Position numbers and translations under genes: made by a program
The notes under the pieces: model-generated
Seen by the model: the letters and a program-made list of their open reading frames with translations, nothing else
What the model was told of the DNA's origin: nothing
Database searches by the model: none
Part shown: positions 1 to 8,439 of the stretch, in pieces
Numbering within the stretch: the first letter of the stretch is position 1
How the letters are laid out: each line of letters begins with the position of its first letter
Source: Eubacteriales bacterium
GTDB taxonomy: Bacteria; Bacillota; Clostridia; Oscillospirales; CAG-272
Assembly: GCA_045540515.1 (NCBI GenBank)
Contig: JAZQHJ010000173.1
Span: 6,347 to 70,346 of the forward strand
DNA: 64,000 nucleotides
Direction of reading: 5' to 3'

Positions 1-577
1 AGTTTGTAGCTAAATACATAACCACGCTTGTTCCTGTATTTTTCATAAACACACAGAAGAAGCACATAATTGTGCAAAGCGTTACATATACAAGAAGCTC
101 GAAAAGAATTGAAATTAGCAAATATCCAAGCTCGGATGCCGAGAAGGCAACATAAGAATACTCAAAAAGGATAAGTGAAATTCCAAAGGTTAAAAGTGCA
201 TATGAGAGCATAATGGAGCACATTACCACAATGCTAGTTATAAGCAGAGATAAAAAGATTGACACTCTGCTATGTCCTGCAATAATTTTGTTTCTTATTG
301 TGCCGTAGCTAAAATCCTTTGAAAGAGCAATTATAATTAGAACAGGAAGAATTAAGCCAAGGTCACCACCTGGTAAAAAGGCTTGGAAAAGCATACTTTT
401 TGCAGTTGGCATAGCTCCCATCATTGTAAGGAGCTCCTCATCAGCCCCCATAAATGCGAAAATTCCCTTGTAAAGAAGAGGACTTATAATTGCAAATGCT
501 CCTGCAATAATACAGGAAATCATAAAAAGCTTATCCTTGAAAACTCGGAGTAAATCTGATTTTAAAAGCCTAGTCAT
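1..577 (-). CDS. ABC-2 type transporter permease (partial; C-terminus lies beyond window start)
   Basis: Absent from the ORF track because it runs off the window. My minus-strand translation from ATG 577 reads MTRLLKSDLLRVFKDKLFMISCIIAGAFAIISPLLYKG... and stays hydrophobic. The ATG overlaps the stop of the upstream ATPase gene (ATGACTAG), indicating translational coupling. Confidence 0.6.
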   Translation of the reverse strand, partial: MTRLLKSDLLRVFKDKLFMISCIIAGAFAIISPLLYKGIFAFMGADEELLTMMGAMPTAKSMLFQAFLPGGDLGLILPVLIIIALSKDFSYGTIRNKIIAGHSRVSIFLSLLITSIVVMCSIMLSYALLTFGISLILFEYSYVAFSASELGYLLISILFELLVYVTLCTIMCFFCVFMKNTGTSVVMYLATN

Positions 578-1493
578 TTTGTCCACCCCCTATTGTTCTT
601 AAATAGTAGTCCTCAATGCTTGACTTTGTGGTATTGATTGCAGTAATATTAACTCCTGCATTAACAAGCCTTGGAACAATATAGTTAAGGTCAACATCGC
701 CATAAACCTTAGCGCCATTTACAACTGGCTCAATGTCGTCCGCCTCAAAGCATTCAGCAAGAGCCATAACAAGAGCACCACGATTGTCGCTTTCAAAAAG
801 AGTAAAGTGCCTACATTCGCTTTGTAATTGCTCCGAGGTAATTTCCTTTATAATTCTGCCCTTTGATATAATGCCGTAATTAGTTGCAACAAGAGAAAGC
901 TCTGTAAGAATATGGGATGAAATAATAAAGGTAATGCCCCTTTCCTTGTTGAGCTTTAAAATGAGCTCACGAATTTCGACAATTCCCGCAGGGTCAAGTC
1001 CGTTCATAGGCTCATCAAGAATAAGCAATTCAACGTCGCCAATAAGAGCCATAGCAATGCCAAGCCTTTGACGCATACCGAGGGAGAAATTACCCGCCTT
1101 CTTTGTGTCATTATATAGATATGAAAGACCAACAAGGTCAAGTGCCCTTGCAATTTTGCTCTCATCATTTATTCCAAGAATACTGCATTGCATTTTTAAG
1201 TTCTCGTAGGCACTCATATTAAGATAGATTGACGGAGCCTCAACAATTGCTCCGATTTTGGACCTTGCCTTTAAAATGTCGGGGGACGTGTGCGAAATTC
1301 CAAAAAGCTCAAAGCTACCCTCGTCTTGAAAAATAAGGCCAGTGATAACTCTTATAATGGTTGTTTTTCCACTTCCGTTTTCACCAACAAAGCCGTATAT
1401 ATCGCCCCTTGCAACATTCATAGATACGCCATTTAATGCCTTGTGTGCCTTGAATTTTTTGCAAAGACCGTTGGTTTTTACAATGTATTCCAT
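570..1493 (-). CDS. ABC transporter ATP-binding protein (ABC-2/bacitracin-lantibiotic exporter type)
   Basis: Walker A GENGSGKTT, signature FSLGMRQR and Walker B LLILDEP are present, followed by a C-terminal accessory domain. Confidence 0.9.
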   Translation of the reverse strand: MEYIVKTNGLCKKFKAHKALNGVSMNVARGDIYGFVGENGSGKTTIIRVITGLIFQDEGSFELFGISHTSPDILKARSKIGAIVEAPSIYLNMSAYENLKMQCSILGINDESKIARALDLVGLSYLYNDTKKAGNFSLGMRQRLGIAMALIGDVELLILDEPMNGLDPAGIVEIRELILKLNKERGITFIISSHILTELSLVATNYGIISKGRIIKEITSEQLQSECRHFTLFESDNRGALVMALAECFEADDIEPVVNGAKVYGDVDLNYIVPRLVNAGVNITAINTTKSSIEDYYLRTIGGGQND

Positions 1494-1638
1494 AAGTAAC
1501 TCCCTTTCTTTTATTATTATAAAAATATAATAGCATACAAAAAAAGAAAAAACAACATATATATTATGAAATTTTCTTGAAATAAAGGAAAAGATATGCT
1601 ATACTTTTATCTAGATAATTTTAACCTTGGAGATAAAA

Positions 1639-2232
1639 ATGAAAAGCAAAACACAATTTATAGAGCAGGATGAGGTTTTGGAAAGTGAGCTTTATCTTAG
1701 CGAAACATATGTTTGCAAGACACAAAAAAGACTATATGTATCAAAGCACACCAAGCGAAGAAAATCCGAAAAGATTGTAAACCTAAATACAGTACAAAGC
1801 GTTAGCATTGAGGAGGGCAGAGAGAAAAGAAGCTCTGGAACTCTTATAACGGGCTTACTCTTTGCAGCAACATCTGCATTCTTTGCATTTAAGGAAAGCT
1901 TAAAGCCTGTATTTTTGTCACTCTTGTTTATAGGAATAGCTCTTACCATTATAGGTATTATTCTTAAATTGCCAAGATATTATTCAAAGCTAATCATATC
2001 TAGCTATGGTCATCCTATTGAGCTCAGCTTTGAAAAGGTTACAGGCTCACAGGAGGAGCAATTAAAGAAAATGGTTTATTCCACCCTTATTTATACCACT
2101 AAGAGGGAAGAATCCGAGCCTACTTATGATGCCTCATATGAGGAAAATTTTACACAAATTCCAGTAATTGAGCCAGTAGCACAGCCACAGGAGCAAGAGC
2201 AGGAGCAAACCACAGAGGGAGCAATAATATGA
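1639..2232 (+). CDS. hypothetical membrane protein with acidic/Q-rich C-terminal tail
   Basis: ATG at 1639 follows the RBS GGAGA (the track's TTG at 1627 is less likely). Two hydrophobic helices are visible (LITGLLFAATSAFFAF and VFLSLLFIGIALTIIGIIL). The tail reads PQEQEQEQ. Confidence 0.5.
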   Translation: MKSKTQFIEQDEVLESELYLSETYVCKTQKRLYVSKHTKRRKSEKIVNLNTVQSVSIEEGREKRSSGTLITGLLFAATSAFFAFKESLKPVFLSLLFIGIALTIIGIILKLPRYYSKLIISSYGHPIELSFEKVTGSQEEQLKKMVYSTLIYTTKREESEPTYDASYEENFTQIPVIEPVAQPQEQEQEQTTEGAII

Positions 2233-2238
2233 TAAAGA

Positions 2239-2262
2239 AGGGGCGATGATATCGCTCCTTTT
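2239..2262 (+). terminator. rho-independent terminator
   Basis: A 9-bp stem AGGGGCGAT/ATCGCTCCT (one G-U pair) with a 3-nt loop is followed by a T-run. Confidence 0.6.
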
Positions 2263-2266
2263 ATTG

Positions 2267-2295
2267 TTGACAAGGGCAAGAATTTTTGGTATAAT
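2267..2295 (+). promoter_or_regulatory. SigA-type promoter, TTGACA-N17-TATAAT
   Basis: TTGACA at 2267-2272, an exact 17-nt spacer and TATAAT at 2290-2295. The promoter lies 35 nt upstream of the ATG of paralog 1. Confidence 0.75.
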
Positions 2296-2329
2296 TATTA
2301 TAGCAAAACATTTTAAGGAGATTTTAAAC

Positions 2330-2935
2330 ATGGCATCTATCGACAAGAATGCACTTATCACCGCTGCTCAACAGGCGTATGACGAGTGCGAAAAGTTCAT
2401 CGTAGGAACAGCAGAGGTTCTTGCAAGAAATGCGGATACAAAGGACGCAGAATTACTTCCAAAAGTTTTAATGGAAACATTTGACATCATTCTTCAAGCT
2501 TGCTTGCTCAATTCAGCAGTTAGCGATGGTCAGCTAGAGGAAGAGGAAATTGAGTTTATCAGAAAGGTTACAAAGCACGCAGATCTTCTTGAAAGCGAGG
2601 TATATGGCTTCCAAATCAAGGGCAAAAGGTTCACTTGGGAGGACTACGCAAGGCTTACAACCGAGGAGCAACAGCAAGTAGGTCTTGAAATCACAGCAGT
2701 TCTTAAAGAGGCTGTTACAGCATTCGTTAAGCTATTTGCTACTGTTGACAAGGTGCTTACAGAGGTTGACTTCCTTGAGCTTCTTCTTGAAAGAGCAATA
2801 TTCATTTTCCTTGCCCTTGCAGGAGTTGACGGCGATGACTATGAGTCAGAAATCGTTAAGGCAGAGACCGCTTGGGCTGGCGCAACATTCAAGGTTCTTC
2901 TTATGGACACTTGGAGAGAGGTTACAGGCGAATAA
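2330..2935 (+). CDS. TerB-like two-motif helical protein, tandem paralog 1 of 4
   Basis: ATG at 2330 follows AAGGAG. Motifs are LLNSAVSDGQLEEEEIEFI and LALAGVDGDDYESEIVKAE (DG-x5-E twice, as in TerB/DjlA-N type domains). The protein ends WREVTGE. The family assignment is motif-based only. Confidence 0.45.
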   Translation: MASIDKNALITAAQQAYDECEKFIVGTAEVLARNADTKDAELLPKVLMETFDIILQACLLNSAVSDGQLEEEEIEFIRKVTKHADLLESEVYGFQIKGKRFTWEDYARLTTEEQQQVGLEITAVLKEAVTAFVKLFATVDKVLTEVDFLELLLERAIFIFLALAGVDGDDYESEIVKAETAWAGATFKVLLMDTWREVTGE

Positions 2936-2950
2936 TTTTTGCTTACATAA

Positions 2951-2976
2951 AGGAGTCGGCATTGCCGACTCTTTTT
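2951..2976 (+). terminator. rho-independent terminator
   Basis: Stem GGAGTCGGC/GCCGACTCT with loop ATT, followed by TTTTT. Confidence 0.75.
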
Positions 2977-2979
2977 ATA

Positions 2980-3008
2980 TTGACATATTTTTTATTATTT
3001 GATATAAT
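2980..3008 (+). promoter_or_regulatory. SigA-type promoter, TTGACA-N17-TATAAT
   Basis: TTGACA at 2980-2985 and TATAAT at 3003-3008. The downstream leader (TATAATTATGGTATAAAATCATTTTAAGGAGAT) closely resembles the leader of paralog 1. Confidence 0.75.
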
Positions 3009-3042
3009 TATGGTATAAAATCATTTTAAGGAGATACTAAAA

Positions 3043-3645
3043 ATGGCATACTCAAAGGAACAGCTAATTCAAATAGCCAAGGTAAAATATGAGGAGTGTG
3101 AGCAGCTTATAACAATGGTTGCAGATGCACTAAAAAAGAACGTGGATGCTGATTTTGAATCAACCACAGCAATGATTTGCTTTGATATTATTATGCAATC
3201 CTGCTTGCTTAATGGTGCGGTTCATGACGGTCAGCTAGAAAGAACAGAAATAGAGCTTATCAAGAGCATTACAAAATATGCAGACTTACTACCATTTGTA
3301 AATGCAGAAATGGTTAAGGAGGACCCACAGTGGCCAAGCATCGGTTGGAATGATATTGCAACCCTTGAATCAGAGGCACAGCAATCAATTGCACTCATTT
3401 CAGCAGCAGTTGTTGTTGACTATGCAGATATGTTTGTAAAGATTTTTGCAACAGTTGATAAGATTTTGACGGACACTGACCTGCTTGGACTTATCAACGA
3501 AAGAGTATATGCGCTATTTGTTGCACTTGCAGCCGTTGACGGAGACGACATAAAGACCGATATTGCAAAAAAGGAAACGGTGCGTTCTGTAATTATTTAT
3601 AATACACTTGTTGCTGATAAGTGGAAGGAAATCACAGGCGAATAA
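3043..3645 (+). CDS. TerB-like two-motif helical protein, tandem paralog 2 of 4
   Basis: Motifs LLNGAVHDGQLERTEIELI and LAAVDGDDIKTDIAKKE. The protein ends WKEITGE. By eye it is roughly 40 percent identical to paralog 1. Confidence 0.45.
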   Translation: MAYSKEQLIQIAKVKYEECEQLITMVADALKKNVDADFESTTAMICFDIIMQSCLLNGAVHDGQLERTEIELIKSITKYADLLPFVNAEMVKEDPQWPSIGWNDIATLESEAQQSIALISAAVVVDYADMFVKIFATVDKILTDTDLLGLINERVYALFVALAAVDGDDIKTDIAKKETVRSVIIYNTLVADKWKEITGE

Positions 3646-3678
3646 TGCTTTAAAAAGCGAGTTAAAAGGAGCTTGATT

Positions 3679-4284
3679 ATGTCAATATATTCAAGGGAAA
3701 CTCTTGAAAGGGTAGCAAACGAAAGATACGCAGAGTGCGAGGCAATAATTATTGAAATGTCAGACATTGTAAAAACAGTAAGACCTGACTTTTCAACCGA
3801 TATTGCTCTTGGTCAATACGACCTTATTTTACAAGCATGCTTGCTTAATGCTGCCGTAAGCGATGGAGAATTTTTACCAGAGGAAAAGAGCTTTATAATT
3901 GAAATTGCCAAGCACGCAGATATTGTACCACTTTTGAACAATGCATTAAAATCGCAAAGAAAAGAGCCTATTGACTGGAATACAATTGATGACCTTGATA
4001 AGGACTCTATGAAAAATCTTGCAATGGTGGCAGGAGTTGTTGTTAAGAGCTACGCAAGGGAGTTTGTTGAAATCTTTGCAGTGGTTGACAAGGTTGTTGA
4101 GGAAAAGAGCTATTTTGATTTAATTTACAAGGCAACGGGACTCATTTTAGTTTGTGTAATGGGCATAGACGGCGATGATTTAAAGGGAGAAAATGCACTT
4201 TCTGAGGCAACGGCGGGACTAAAAATGTTTAATACCCTCGTAAAAAACAGGTGGGAAGAAATTTTAAATGAAAAGAAAAAATAA
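3679..4284 (+). CDS. TerB-like two-motif helical protein, tandem paralog 3 of 4
   Basis: ATG at 3679 follows AAAGGAG. Motifs LLNAAVSDGEFLPEEKSFI and VMGIDGDDLKGENALSE. It has no promoter of its own, so it is probably co-transcribed with paralog 2. Confidence 0.45.
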   Translation: MSIYSRETLERVANERYAECEAIIIEMSDIVKTVRPDFSTDIALGQYDLILQACLLNAAVSDGEFLPEEKSFIIEIAKHADIVPLLNNALKSQRKEPIDWNTIDDLDKDSMKNLAMVAGVVVKSYAREFVEIFAVVDKVVEEKSYFDLIYKATGLILVCVMGIDGDDLKGENALSEATAGLKMFNTLVKNRWEEILNEKKK

Positions 4285-4285
4285 A

Positions 4286-4309
4286 AGAACGGCTTAACCG
4301 TTCTTTTTT
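4286..4309 (+). terminator. rho-independent terminator
   Basis: Stem AGAACGG/CCGTTCT with loop CTTAA, followed by TTTTTT. Confidence 0.7.
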
Positions 4310-4320
4310 ACTCAAATTCG

Positions 4321-4350
4321 TTGACAAGCAAAGGGAGCTGGTGCTATACT
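4321..4350 (+). promoter_or_regulatory. SigA-type promoter with TGnTATACT extended -10
   Basis: TTGACA at 4321-4326 and TGCTATACT at 4342-4350, with an 18-nt spacer. Confidence 0.6.
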
Positions 4351-4387
4351 GAATTTGTTAGTATATTTTAATATAAAGGAGAAAATT

Positions 4388-4993
4388 ATGGAATATTCTG
4401 CAATGGACCATTTGACAAATACAGGCAAGGCATATTATGAGTTAAAGGCTCTTGTAATGGATATGGTAAAGGAAATAGGGGACAAAAATCCAAGCTTTAC
4501 TTATCCTGTTGCAATGGGAGAGCTGGACATTGTTTTGCAGACAGTGCTATTTTATTCTGCGATTGAGGATGACAAAATCGTTAAGGCTGAAAAGCTCATT
4601 ATAAAGGAGCTAACAAGCTATGAGGACCTTTTAAGCATAATCAATCAGGAGCAGCTCGACCTTGACCCGAATTGGCAGGAGCTTGATTGGACTATGGTTG
4701 CATCAATGACCAAGGATGAGCAAAAGGAAATTGCATCACTTGCACTTGAAATTGCATCAAGCTATGCAAAGGAGCTTGTAACAGCTCTTGCTAGGGCAGA
4801 TGAGGAAAACAAAAGGGTTAATTATCTTGAAAAAATAAACAAGGCAGTAATTGAAATTATAATAGCCTTTTGTGGAATAGACGGTGACAATGTTGAAAGC
4901 ATAAATGCGGGAAGCGAGTCATACGTTGGACTTGTAATTTATAATGAGCTTGTGAATAAAAGGTGGCTTGAAATTACAGGTGAGGAACAATAA
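4388..4993 (+). CDS. TerB-like two-motif helical protein, tandem paralog 4 of 4
   Basis: ATG at 4388 follows AAGGAGA. Motifs FYSAIEDDKIVKAEKLII (DG degraded to DD) and FCGIDGDNVESINAGSE. The protein ends WLEITGEEQ. Confidence 0.4.
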   Translation: MEYSAMDHLTNTGKAYYELKALVMDMVKEIGDKNPSFTYPVAMGELDIVLQTVLFYSAIEDDKIVKAEKLIIKELTSYEDLLSIINQEQLDLDPNWQELDWTMVASMTKDEQKEIASLALEIASSYAKELVTALARADEENKRVNYLEKINKAVIEIIIAFCGIDGDNVESINAGSESYVGLVIYNELVNKRWLEITGEEQ

Positions 4994-5007
4994 GGGGAAC
5001 AGCGAAA

Positions 5008-5174
5008 ATGGAAGAAAAGCACTACCAAGTGTCTAAAATTGAGGGTGAATATGCCTATATTACCAACCTCGAAACAGGGGAAGAGGTATTTATCGCAATG
5101 GCTCTTTTGCCCGAGGGCATAGACATTGGCACTAAGCTGAAATTTGAAATGTTTTCGTATGAAATAGAGGAATA
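5008..5174 (+). CDS. small DUF3006-like protein (55 aa)
   Basis: Absent from the ORF track because it is under 60 aa. My translation is MEEKHYQVSKIEGEYAYITNLETGEEVFIAMALLPEGIDIGTKLKFEMFSYEIEE. The IEG...A......F...LLPEG..G pattern matches my memory of DUF3006. Its stop lies 3 nt before the next gene. Confidence 0.4.
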
Positions 5175-5177
5175 AAA

Positions 5178-6041
5178 ATGAAGAAAATAGCAGTATTTAT
5201 GCTCTTTGGACAGTCCAACGCAACAGGACACGCAATGCCAATGGAGGAAAAGGACATAATCAAGGAGCCACTTAAAAACGTTTTTGGACTTAACAGAGAG
5301 CCAAACCAAAGCTTTGATACCGAAAAGCTAAAATTCACGGGATATACAAGCTACGGAATGAACCTTGCAGAAAATCAGGACAACACCTATTCGGTTGCAA
5401 ACTGTCTTGCAAAAAGATGGCAGAGTGATATTGATAACGGTGCAGAGCTACCCGACCTTTATATAATTCATATTTCAATTGGCGCACAGGGAATTTATGG
5501 AATGTGGAATCCCGACAGACCGAAAAAGCTAATCCCGGGCAGACTTGGAGATTGCGATATTTCAATGTATCCGCTTGCAATTCACGTTTTAACTCTGTTT
5601 AAGAAATTTATGGACGAAAACGAAATGGAGCCTGACTACGTCGGTGTTCATTGGAGAGGTGGAGAGCAAGAATTTTGGCAGGGAATACCTCAGCTACAAG
5701 ATAGACTAAAACCACTTTACGTAAGACTTATTAACGGCATAAGAGGCGCTGTTTGCGCAGAGGCGCCGTTCGTATTTCACCGTATGCCATTTGTGCAGGT
5801 TACAAAAAATGCCGACCCAACAGGAAAGTGCTTTGACTCAATGAACTACATAAATGGAGTATTTGAGGAGCTTTCAAACGAAATTCCAAGCGTTAGCGTT
5901 TTTGACGTTAGAAGATGCCCGTTCTATGATGAAAATGCATGGGACTTTGGTATTTTCTGTGGGGATTTAATCCACTATCTTGGCAAAACGAACGACTGGG
6001 TTGCACAGGATATTTTAGAGGAATACAAGAGCAGAAAATAA
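5178..6041 (+). CDS. sialate O-acetylesterase-like carbohydrate esterase (SASA/DUF303 family)
   Basis: The N-terminal GQSNATGHA block matches the GQSNMxG motif of this esterase family. Confidence 0.6.
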   Translation: MKKIAVFMLFGQSNATGHAMPMEEKDIIKEPLKNVFGLNREPNQSFDTEKLKFTGYTSYGMNLAENQDNTYSVANCLAKRWQSDIDNGAELPDLYIIHISIGAQGIYGMWNPDRPKKLIPGRLGDCDISMYPLAIHVLTLFKKFMDENEMEPDYVGVHWRGGEQEFWQGIPQLQDRLKPLYVRLINGIRGAVCAEAPFVFHRMPFVQVTKNADPTGKCFDSMNYINGVFEELSNEIPSVSVFDVRRCPFYDENAWDFGIFCGDLIHYLGKTNDWVAQDILEEYKSRK

Positions 6042-6045
6042 GAAA

Positions 6046-6070
6046 AGCGGGCACTACGTGTCCGCTTTTT
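6046..6070 (+). terminator. rho-independent terminator
   Basis: Stem AGCGGGCAC/GTGTCCGCT with loop TAC, followed by TTTTT. Confidence 0.7.
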
Positions 6071-6170
6071 ATGTTTTTAATCTGTGCCGACGTTTCGGTT
6101 TACGGCATGATTAAGTGCTTTACAGATTATTCTGCGCTTTCAACGGTTTTGCTTGAGCTTTCGCACTTAT

Positions 6171-6205
6171 AAAAAGAAAAAGCCGACCACGTGGTCGGCT
6201 TTTTG
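6171..6205. terminator. bidirectional terminator (perfect 20-nt palindrome)
   Basis: AGCCGACCACGTGGTCGGCT at 6181-6200 is flanked by an A-run upstream and a T-run downstream. It sits directly 3' of the minus-strand gene ending at 6206. Confidence 0.75.
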
Positions 6206-7357
6206 TTATTCAATGATTTGGTTTACAAAGTTTTTAATCTTGTTGTGTGTGCAATCGTGCTGTGGGTTGAGCATTTGCTGACCATAAACAATTGCAATAT
6301 TTTTTTCTGGGTCAACCGAGCAAAGGAAGCCTGCTGCGCCGTCCCAACCAAATTCGCCAATGGAGCAAAGGTTTCCACCTCTACCAACGCCGATTTTAGT
6401 TCTTACGCCAAAGCCATAGCCATATTCTGCATTACTCATCCAGCTACTAAAATCCTCATACATTTGAGAGCCAACAGGAAGCGTATTCGTACGCATAAGA
6501 TTTACACTTGCCTTAGAAAGAATTCTTGCGCCATTTAAGCCAAGGCCATAATTTGCAAGAGCTGTTGCAAATTTAACGTAGTCATCAACCGTAGTAACAA
6601 CGCCAGCTCCACCAGAATCGTATTCTTCGCCAAATATGTAATCGTTCTTCTTTTCAACTCTTTCTGGTAGGTTAGTAGAGTAGTTAAAGCGATATTGAGC
6701 ACACATATTGTCAAGCTGGTCCTTTGTTGCGTGATAGGTTGAGCTAGTCATTCCGAGAGGGTCAAAGATAACTCTTTTTACATAGTCTGCAAAGCGTTCC
6801 CCTGTTGCGACCTCAACAAGACGGGCAAGCACGTCGTGGCAAAGGCTGTACTGCCACCTTGTATTAGGCTCAAAGTCAAGACCACGGGAGGCAATAGCCC
6901 TTACAATTTCTGCCGTTGGAGCCTTTGGATTTTTAGCAACAGCCTCCTTAATTTCAGGCATGGAGCAATCATAGTTGAGCCCTGCCGTCATATTAAACAG
7001 GTCGTGTATTCTTATTTCACGAGTGGCATCCTTATATTCAACCGTGCCGTCTGGCTTGATTGATTTGATTTTGACATTTCTAAATTCTCCAAGATACCAC
7101 CAAAGTGGGTGAGTCATTAAGAACTTTCCTTCCTCAAATGCGTGAAGTGCAGCTGCACAGCAAATAGGCTTTGAGGCAGAATATATATAGTAGTGCTCAG
7201 TTCCCTTCATTTTAATGCCGTTTTCCTTGTCGGAATAGCCTGTTTGGTAAGAAAAAACCTCTTTTCCCTTATGCCAAACACGTAGGTCAAGTCCTGGCAC
7301 CTTTTCTCTTACTAAAATTGTTTCAAGATATTTTTCAAGTGAAGCAAAGGTGTACAT
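6206..7357 (-). CDS. serine hydrolase, beta-lactamase (class C/esterase EstB-like) family
   Basis: SxxK motif in YSASKPICC. Length and overall layout are typical of the family. Confidence 0.75.
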   Translation of the reverse strand: MYTFASLEKYLETILVREKVPGLDLRVWHKGKEVFSYQTGYSDKENGIKMKGTEHYYIYSASKPICCAAALHAFEEGKFLMTHPLWWYLGEFRNVKIKSIKPDGTVEYKDATREIRIHDLFNMTAGLNYDCSMPEIKEAVAKNPKAPTAEIVRAIASRGLDFEPNTRWQYSLCHDVLARLVEVATGERFADYVKRVIFDPLGMTSSTYHATKDQLDNMCAQYRFNYSTNLPERVEKKNDYIFGEEYDSGGAGVVTTVDDYVKFATALANYGLGLNGARILSKASVNLMRTNTLPVGSQMYEDFSSWMSNAEYGYGFGVRTKIGVGRGGNLCSIGEFGWDGAAGFLCSVDPEKNIAIVYGQQMLNPQHDCTHNKIKNFVNQIIE

Positions 7358-7492
7358 TGTAAAAGCTCCTTATCGGTTTTTGTATTTTAGACAAATAAAG
7401 TATAGCATATGAAAAAATTAAAATCAACCTTTTGTTGACTATTTTGGACAAGTATGATAAAATAACACTATCTTGGAACAATAGAGGACAAT

Positions 7493-8326
7493 ATGGATTT
7501 TATAGAAAACAAATCATTTGATGAGGAAAGAGCATTATACGGCTCACAAAATTTACAAATAGTAAATTGCTCCTTTGACGGAGAGGCTGACGGAGAAAGT
7601 GCCTTAAAGGAAAGCTCAAACATTCTTGTGCAAAATTGTTATTTCAATTTAAGATACCCATTTTGGCACATTGATTTTTTGTCCGTTGTTGATAGTGAGC
7701 TTACAGAAAATGCAAGAGCTCCATTTTGGTACACAAATGAGCTTGAAATTGATAATTGTGTCATAAAATCGCCAAAATCCCTAAGGGAGTGTACGAAAAT
7801 AAGAATAAGCGACTCACAAATCAGCTCTGATGAGCTGTGTTGGAGCTGTGAAAGCATTAAGGTTAAGAATAGCACCATAAGCGGTGAATATTTTATGCTA
7901 AGGTCAAGGGATATAGAATTTTACGAAAATACCTTTTTCGGTAAGTATTCCTTCCAGTACATAGAGAATGCAACAATTGAAAATTGCAAGCTGAATACTA
8001 AGGACGCACTTTGGCACGCAAAAAACGTAATCGTGCGAAATTCCGTCATCAAGGGCGAGTATCTTGGCTGGTATAGTGAGAATTTAACATTTGATAATTG
8101 CGTAATTATCGGCACTCAGCCGCTTTGCTACTGCAAGGGGCTTACACTTATAAATTGTGAAATGCGTGAGGCGGACCTTGCATTTGAAAAGAGTGAGGTT
8201 GAGGCAAGCCTAACTTGTCCGATTATAAGCATAAAAAATCCAAAAAGTGGACATATCAGAGTTCCACTTTATGATGAGCTTATAATGACGGAGCAATCAA
8301 GTGTTGTAATTGATACAGAGGTTTAA
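7493..8326 (+). CDS. DUF3737-like beta-helix repeat protein
   Basis: The N-terminus reads FDEERALYGSQNLQIVNCSFDGEADGESALKES, and repeated N/C-rich beta-helix-like units follow. The family name is from memory. Confidence 0.45.
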   Translation: MDFIENKSFDEERALYGSQNLQIVNCSFDGEADGESALKESSNILVQNCYFNLRYPFWHIDFLSVVDSELTENARAPFWYTNELEIDNCVIKSPKSLRECTKIRISDSQISSDELCWSCESIKVKNSTISGEYFMLRSRDIEFYENTFFGKYSFQYIENATIENCKLNTKDALWHAKNVIVRNSVIKGEYLGWYSENLTFDNCVIIGTQPLCYCKGLTLINCEMREADLAFEKSEVEASLTCPIISIKNPKSGHIRVPLYDELIMTEQSSVVIDTEV

Positions 8327-8330
8327 GTCA

Positions 8331-8363
8331 AAAGAGAGTTTTAAAACTCTCTTTTCTTTTTTT
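8331..8363 (+). terminator. rho-independent terminator
   Basis: Stem AGAGAGTT/AACTCTCT with loop TTAA, followed by a long T-run. Confidence 0.7.
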
Positions 8364-8371
8364 GTAGCATA

Positions 8372-8400
8372 TTGACAAATTATATTAAAAATAGTACAAT
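8372..8400 (+). promoter_or_regulatory. SigA-type promoter TTGACA-N17-TACAAT for the 8440-16307 operon
   Basis: TTGACA at 8372-8377, a 17-nt spacer and TACAAT at 8395-8400. Confidence 0.6.
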
Positions 8401-8439
8401 TATATATAATATTATATTTTAACCTACAAGGAGAGAAAG

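Noticed and set aside
2246-2329. The upstream extension of TerB-like paralog 1 (the track start at 2246). The overlapping ORF at 2685-3002 is a separate case, addressed below.
   Set aside because: The extension would run through the terminator and the consensus promoter. ATG 2330 has a proper AAGGAG RBS and aligns with the starts of the other paralogs. The 2685-3002 ORF is an alternative frame of a supported gene.
6181-6200. A shared CCGACC(C)ACGTGGTCGG palindromic core in two terminators (6181-6200 and 36053-36073), possibly a REP-like dispersed repeat.
   Set aside because: There are only two copies in 64 kb, each in a canonical terminator position with different flanks. This is too little evidence for a repeat family. 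It would be worth a genome-wide count of the motif.
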